A stretch of DNA of 64,000 nucleotides from Candidatus Woesearchaeota archaeon. Its GTDB lineage: Archaea > Nanobdellota > Nanobdellia > Woesearchaeales > JASKKU01. The notes under the pieces were generated by a model. That model ran no database searches, had not been told where the DNA came from, and was given only the letters and a program-made list of their open reading frames with translations. Shown piece after piece: positions 60,955 to 64,000 of this stretch (position 1 is its first letter; each line of letters starts with the position of its first letter). The stretch is taken from positions 1,025-65,024 of the forward strand of contig JASKKU010000001.1 in the NCBI GenBank assembly GCA_030154045.1, in the 5' to 3' direction. Made by a program: the position numbers and the translations under genes.

Positions 60955-61496
60955 TCACCAGAGCTTTTCCCATACTTTTCATCCCAAGGTATCGCTATAC
61001 CTTCAGGATCATCAAAATCAAAACTATCAACAATCTCATCAACGTCAATACCATCATTTATAGTGGATGACTCACAATTGTCTCCATTCTCAGTAGTATC
61101 ACAAACTTCACAAGAACTTCTATTATCTGTATCAAAAGATTCTGCCATCTCTACATCTTCAGGTTGACCAAACAATGCTGCCCTCGTGATTACCTCCCGA
61201 ACACCTTTTGTCCTCGCAGACTGTATCTCGTAAAAAGCATAATTAATAAGTTGATTATTAAATTCCTTTGCAAGCTCCAAGAGAGATGTTTGCGAATTGC
61301 TGTCTTGTAATCTAACTTCCACAATCATTTCTTTTTCAGGATCACCATCTATCACAAAATATCCCTTATCCATTAAATCATACGCTGCAGATACAACTAT
61401 CGATAAAGGAAATATTTTAGAGTTTACCTTAACCAAGGCAAAATCAGCAAATAAATCAATATTTGCAAAAGATTGTAGAGGTTTCTCATCACTCAT
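60951..61496 (-). CDS. acidic 181-aa protein, first gene of the radical-SAM array
   Basis: Globular N-terminal half, then a highly acidic Asp/Glu/Ser tail containing CEVCDTTENGDNC. Confidence 0.35.
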   Translation of the reverse strand: MSDEKPLQSFANIDLFADFALVKVNSKIFPLSIVVSAAYDLMDKGYFVIDGDPEKEMIVEVRLQDSNSQTSLLELAKEFNNQLINYAFYEIQSARTKGVREVITRAALFGQPEDVEMAESFDTDNRSSCEVCDTTENGDNCESSTINDGIDVDEIVDSFDFDDPEGIAIPWDEKYGKSSGE

Positions 61497-61607
61497 GATA
61501 ACACCTAAAAATTAAAAAACAGATTTTCTTATTAAATATTTCGTTATAAAGAAACCCCTTAACTGAAAAAACAAAACATCAGAAGTTTCATAAAAATATT
61601 CGTTAGA

Positions 61608-61615
61608 TTTAAATA
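61608..61615 (+). promoter_or_regulatory. archaeal TATA box (TTTAAATA) about 23-25 nt upstream of the SRP RNA 5' end
   Basis: Canonical archaeal TATA octamer at the expected distance from the GC-rich RNA start. Confidence 0.45.
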
Positions 61616-61637
61616 CAATTCAAACAAACACAACTAA

Positions 61638-61901
61638 GGGCTAGACCGGGCAGCTAGCCCCTGCCTGTACCGCAAACGGGCTTATGGCGGGGTCGAAAAG
61701 GGATGGGGCGGCCCGAGCCTTGCTTGCCCTGCCCAGATTCACAATGAATTTCTGCCCTCCAGGATCGATTTTAGAGGGAACCTGGTCAGGTCCGGAAGGA
61801 AGCAGCCATAACCTCTAAAATTGATGCTTGGAGAACGTGGAAAGGATGTGGAGCTGGGAGAAACAGGGCAGGTGGGTTAAGGTCCACCCATCCCAGCCCA
61901 C
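61638..61901 (+). ncRNA. signal recognition particle RNA (7S/SRP RNA)
   Basis: GC-rich island in AT-rich DNA carrying the invariant SRP domain-IV motif GGTCAGGTCCGGAAGGAAGCAGCC (identical to the E. coli 4.5S core); TATA box upstream, T5 stretch downstream at ~61904. Confidence 0.8.
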
Positions 61902-62014
61902 ACTTTTTAAATTATTAAACTAAAAATAGAAACAAATTCTAGGACATATTTAAAACCAGAGATTTATAGAATGAACTGAAAATAGAAAAATGGTGCAAAA
62001 TAAGATAAACAAAT

Positions 62015-62218
62015 TTAGAACTTAAGAGCTATCTTTTTATTCTTCATCAACCTGGTGATGTAGCCAGCGATAGAGTTTCTAATCTTTTTGGAATCATTAA
62101 CCAAAAGTCTTGATAATACTTTTTTGTTCTCCTCAAAGTTCTCAGTAAAAACATCCTTATGCTTTTTTATAAGCTCAAAAGTAATCCTTTTGATTTGTGT
62201 AGTTTTAATTCGACCCAT
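62015..62218 (-). CDS. rps17e: 30S ribosomal protein S17e
   Basis: MGRIKTTQIKRITFELIKKH...KIRNSIAGYITRLMK matches eS17 (MGRVRTKTVK...KLRNKIAGYVTHLMK); the track ORF is over-extended upstream from a TTG; start coordinate +/-1. Confidence 0.8.
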   Translation of the reverse strand: MGRIKTTQIKRITFELIKKHKDVFTENFEENKKVLSRLLVNDSKKIRNSIAGYITRLMKNKKIALKF

Positions 62219-62365
62219 GGTGTAAAAAGGTAAAAGAGTTTCTTTAAAAAGCTTTCTATAAACAAAAGGCCAAGACTTGATTAGATATAAGGAGTATAAG
62301 TAAGTATATACTGTATAAAAAATATTGTGAAAAAAATATAAGGACTTTTCCACAAAGAAAGATGT

Positions 62366-62875
62366 ATGAAAATCGCAAAAAAAGATCAAAAAATCATAGC
62401 ATACCTAAGGCAAGATTCAAGGATACAACTAACAAAATTAAGCAGAAAAACAGGAATTCCGGTATCAACACTTTTTGAAAGGATAAAAAGTTTAACAAAC
62501 ACAGTCATCAGAAAACCAACAATTACTTTGAGATTCTCTGAGATTGGGTACCAACTCCAAGTATTTGTAATGATAAAAAGCCAAGGCAAAAATCGCTCTG
62601 ATATAATAGAATTTCTCGCAAAAAACAAGAACGTTAATAGCGTATGGAGGATAAACAACCACTTTGATATCTTGGCAGAAATGGTCTTTAGAAACTTAGC
62701 TGACTTCGACGAATTTATTCAAAATTTGGAAGAAAGATTTATCCTAAGAGACATTGAATTTGAGTTTGTTGTGAATGAAGTTGAAAGAGAAAAATTCTTC
62801 GCAGATCCGAATCTCATCGAACTTTTAAACAATGAAATAAAAACAAAAACTCTTCAGAAAAGTGAGCTTTTTTGA
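62366..62875 (+). CDS. Lrp/AsnC-family transcriptional regulator
   Basis: N-terminal HTH (KIIAYLRQDSRIQLTKLSRKTGIPVSTLFERIKSL) and C-terminal RAM-like domain. Confidence 0.7.
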   Translation: MKIAKKDQKIIAYLRQDSRIQLTKLSRKTGIPVSTLFERIKSLTNTVIRKPTITLRFSEIGYQLQVFVMIKSQGKNRSDIIEFLAKNKNVNSVWRINNHFDILAEMVFRNLADFDEFIQNLEERFILRDIEFEFVVNEVEREKFFADPNLIELLNNEIKTKTLQKSELF

Positions 62876-62897
62876 GCCTAGAATAATAAAAAATGAG

Positions 62898-62970
62898 CGC
62901 CCCGGGGAGGATTTGAACCCCCGACCTCACGGTTAACAGCCGTGCGCTCCAACCACTGAGCTACCAGGGC
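62898..62970 (-). tRNA. tRNA-Asn (anticodon GTT)
   Basis: Acceptor GCCCTGG/CCGGGGC (one G-U), anticodon stem CACGG/CCGTG with loop CTGTTAA, T-arm GGGGGTTCAAATCCTCC. Confidence 0.8.
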
Positions 62971-63106
62971 TTATATGTGTTGGAGAAGCATTCATTTTAA
63001 AAAAGTTTTCTTTTTTATGTTTAAACGCGGCACTAATGAAATTAAAAACATGCTTACTTCAAAAGTTAAAAAAATTTTTAAATCAGCGAAAAAATCCTTA
63101 CAGAAA

Positions 63107-63298
63107 ATGGGCTTCAAAATAGTGTTCCACGAGGAAAAATGTATTGGTTGTGGCGCATGTAGTGCAGTTTGTCCAGACAACTGGGAGCTTAATGGAGACA
63201 AAGCTCAGCCTAAAGTGACAGAACTCACTGAAAAAGGATGTAATGCTGATGCACAAGACATTTGCCCAACAGGTGCAATAGAAATCGTTGAAGAGTAG
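63107..63298 (+). CDS. small single-cluster [4Fe-4S] ferredoxin
   Basis: MGFKIVFHEEKCIGCGACSAVCPDNWELNGDKAQPKVTELTEKGCNADAQDICPTGAIEIVEE closely resembles Thermococcales ferredoxin (…[30 protein letters not shown]…); the track ORF is over-extended upstream. Confidence 0.75.
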   Translation: MGFKIVFHEEKCIGCGACSAVCPDNWELNGDKAQPKVTELTEKGCNADAQDICPTGAIEIVEE

Positions 63299-63381
63299 AA
63301 TAATAATTTTTTATCTGCTGCCTTTAAACACCTATTGAGTTTTGAAATAAATTTAAAAACTTCTCATTTAGTTAAGTATAT

Positions 63382-64000
63382 ATGGAAAAATCCAGATTAA
63401 ATCTATCATTCTTGAAAGCAGTCTTTCTTTTACTCTTTGTTGTAGCAGTTTCCTCGAACATTACCTATTCGCTTAAACTAGAAACAAAAACCAGTGGAGA
63501 CTTTTTAATTGTAGAAGCGGTTACACAAAAAGCTACAAACTGCGAACTAAAAATAGGAAGAAAAACATTACAATTCTCTTCACAAAATAACCAGTTGCAT
63601 GAACTTAAACTAAACCTAACACTTTTCAAAGATATTGATGAGGCTGAGGTTTTTTGTTATAATCAACAGAATTTACTGGATTTTGAGAGAACAACTTTAA
63701 AAATCCCCAACCCACCAAGGAATAAAGAAAATGTTGTAAACAACACTGATGCAAACGAAAAGGCTGAAGTGGTTTTAGAAGCATCTGCGAAATCTAATGA
63801 AATAGATTCAGAACTAAATCAACTAATCTTAATTATCGTATTGGTCAGTTTTGCAACAATCTTTATTCTATTTTTAATTATTTTTAGAGTTCACAGTTCA
63901 AATCTAAAAATTAAGTTTGAGAAGAATTCACCTATACTAACAACAAATATGGATCCAGTCCAAAAAAATGAAGTTAATGAAAATAAAGAACACTTTGACG
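63382..64000 (+). CDS. 5' part of a secreted protein (signal peptide), running off the window end
   Basis: MEKSRLNLSFLKAVFLLLFVVAVSSNITYS signal; a hydrophobic LILIIVLVSFATIFILFLIIF segment near aa 150; open to the window end. Confidence 0.4.
   Translation, partial: MEKSRLNLSFLKAVFLLLFVVAVSSNITYSLKLETKTSGDFLIVEAVTQKATNCELKIGRKTLQFSSQNNQLHELKLNLTLFKDIDEAEVFCYNQQNLLDFERTTLKIPNPPRNKENVVNNTDANEKAEVVLEASAKSNEIDSELNQLILIIVLVSFATIFILFLIIFRVHSSNLKIKFEKNSPILTTNMDPVQKNEVNENKEHFD

Noticed and set aside
61638-61901. The GC-rich island was first considered as RNase P RNA
   Set aside because: It contains the exact SRP domain-IV motif and lacks the RNase P P4 and GGAAAGUCCGG-type conserved regions. It was called SRP RNA instead.
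62015-62389. 124-aa ORF as given in the track
   Set aside because: Only the C-terminal 67 aa match ribosomal protein S17e (MGRIK...). The N-terminal 57 aa (from a TTG) are Phe/Tyr-rich junk that would overlap the divergent Lrp promoter region, so the gene was shortened.
62975-63106. N-terminal 44 aa of the 107-aa ferredoxin ORF
   Set aside because: Homology to small archaeal ferredoxins starts at MGFKIV. The upstream extension begins immediately after tRNA-Asn and has no homology.

Overview
This window is AT-rich (about 30% GC), densely coded archaeal chromosome, and the compact genes suggest a DPANN-type lineage. The archaeal assignment rests on a split rpoH-rpoB''-rpoB'-rpoA'-rpoA''-L30e-NusA(KH)-S12 operon, an intron-containing tRNA-Tyr with a C1:G72 pair, an SRP RNA, and Rpp21, S17e and S15 genes.

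Conserved housekeeping content: grpE-dnaK-dnaJ, FKBP, TatD, aRNase J, Mre11 with a HerA-like ATPase, two RecJ/DHH paralogs, AlaX, a subtilase, and a Tad/FlaI-like pilus or secretion module.

The accessory region runs from about 39.8 to 61.5 kb. It sits between tRNA-Arg and the SRP RNA. Its centrepiece (41.35-61.5 kb) looks like a His-Xaa-Ser/Thr (HXS-like) protein-modification system. Two tandem paralogous genes encode proteins with a conserved 45-50 aa N-terminal signal/leader-like region. This is followed by 40 and 30 strictly periodic H-x-(S/T/G) tripeptide repeats. They lie directly downstream, in the same orientation, of an array of 8 ORFs. These ORFs carry at least 9 paralogous radical-SAM domains of the SPASM/twitch type (CNxxCxxC, GGEPT, PLC(Y/F), C-terminal CxxCx5CxG, conserved F-G-x-x-E-L-K-P tail). 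The array also has a DUF362-ferredoxin fusion, membrane proteins and small acidic proteins.

Embedded in the middle of this array is a bacterial-type exogenous fatty-acid utilisation module: PlsY, a DAK2/FakA-like kinase, a DegV/FakB-like binding protein, and a possible Lnt-like acyltransferase. That module is unexpected in an archaeon.

Other points: a decayed N-terminal fragment of dph2 (diphthamide synthesis), and no CRISPR, rRNA or integrase/transposase detected.

All functional calls come from motifs read by eye in the translations. Hand-counted coordinates, for example tRNAs and the SRP RNA, may be off by 1-2 nt.
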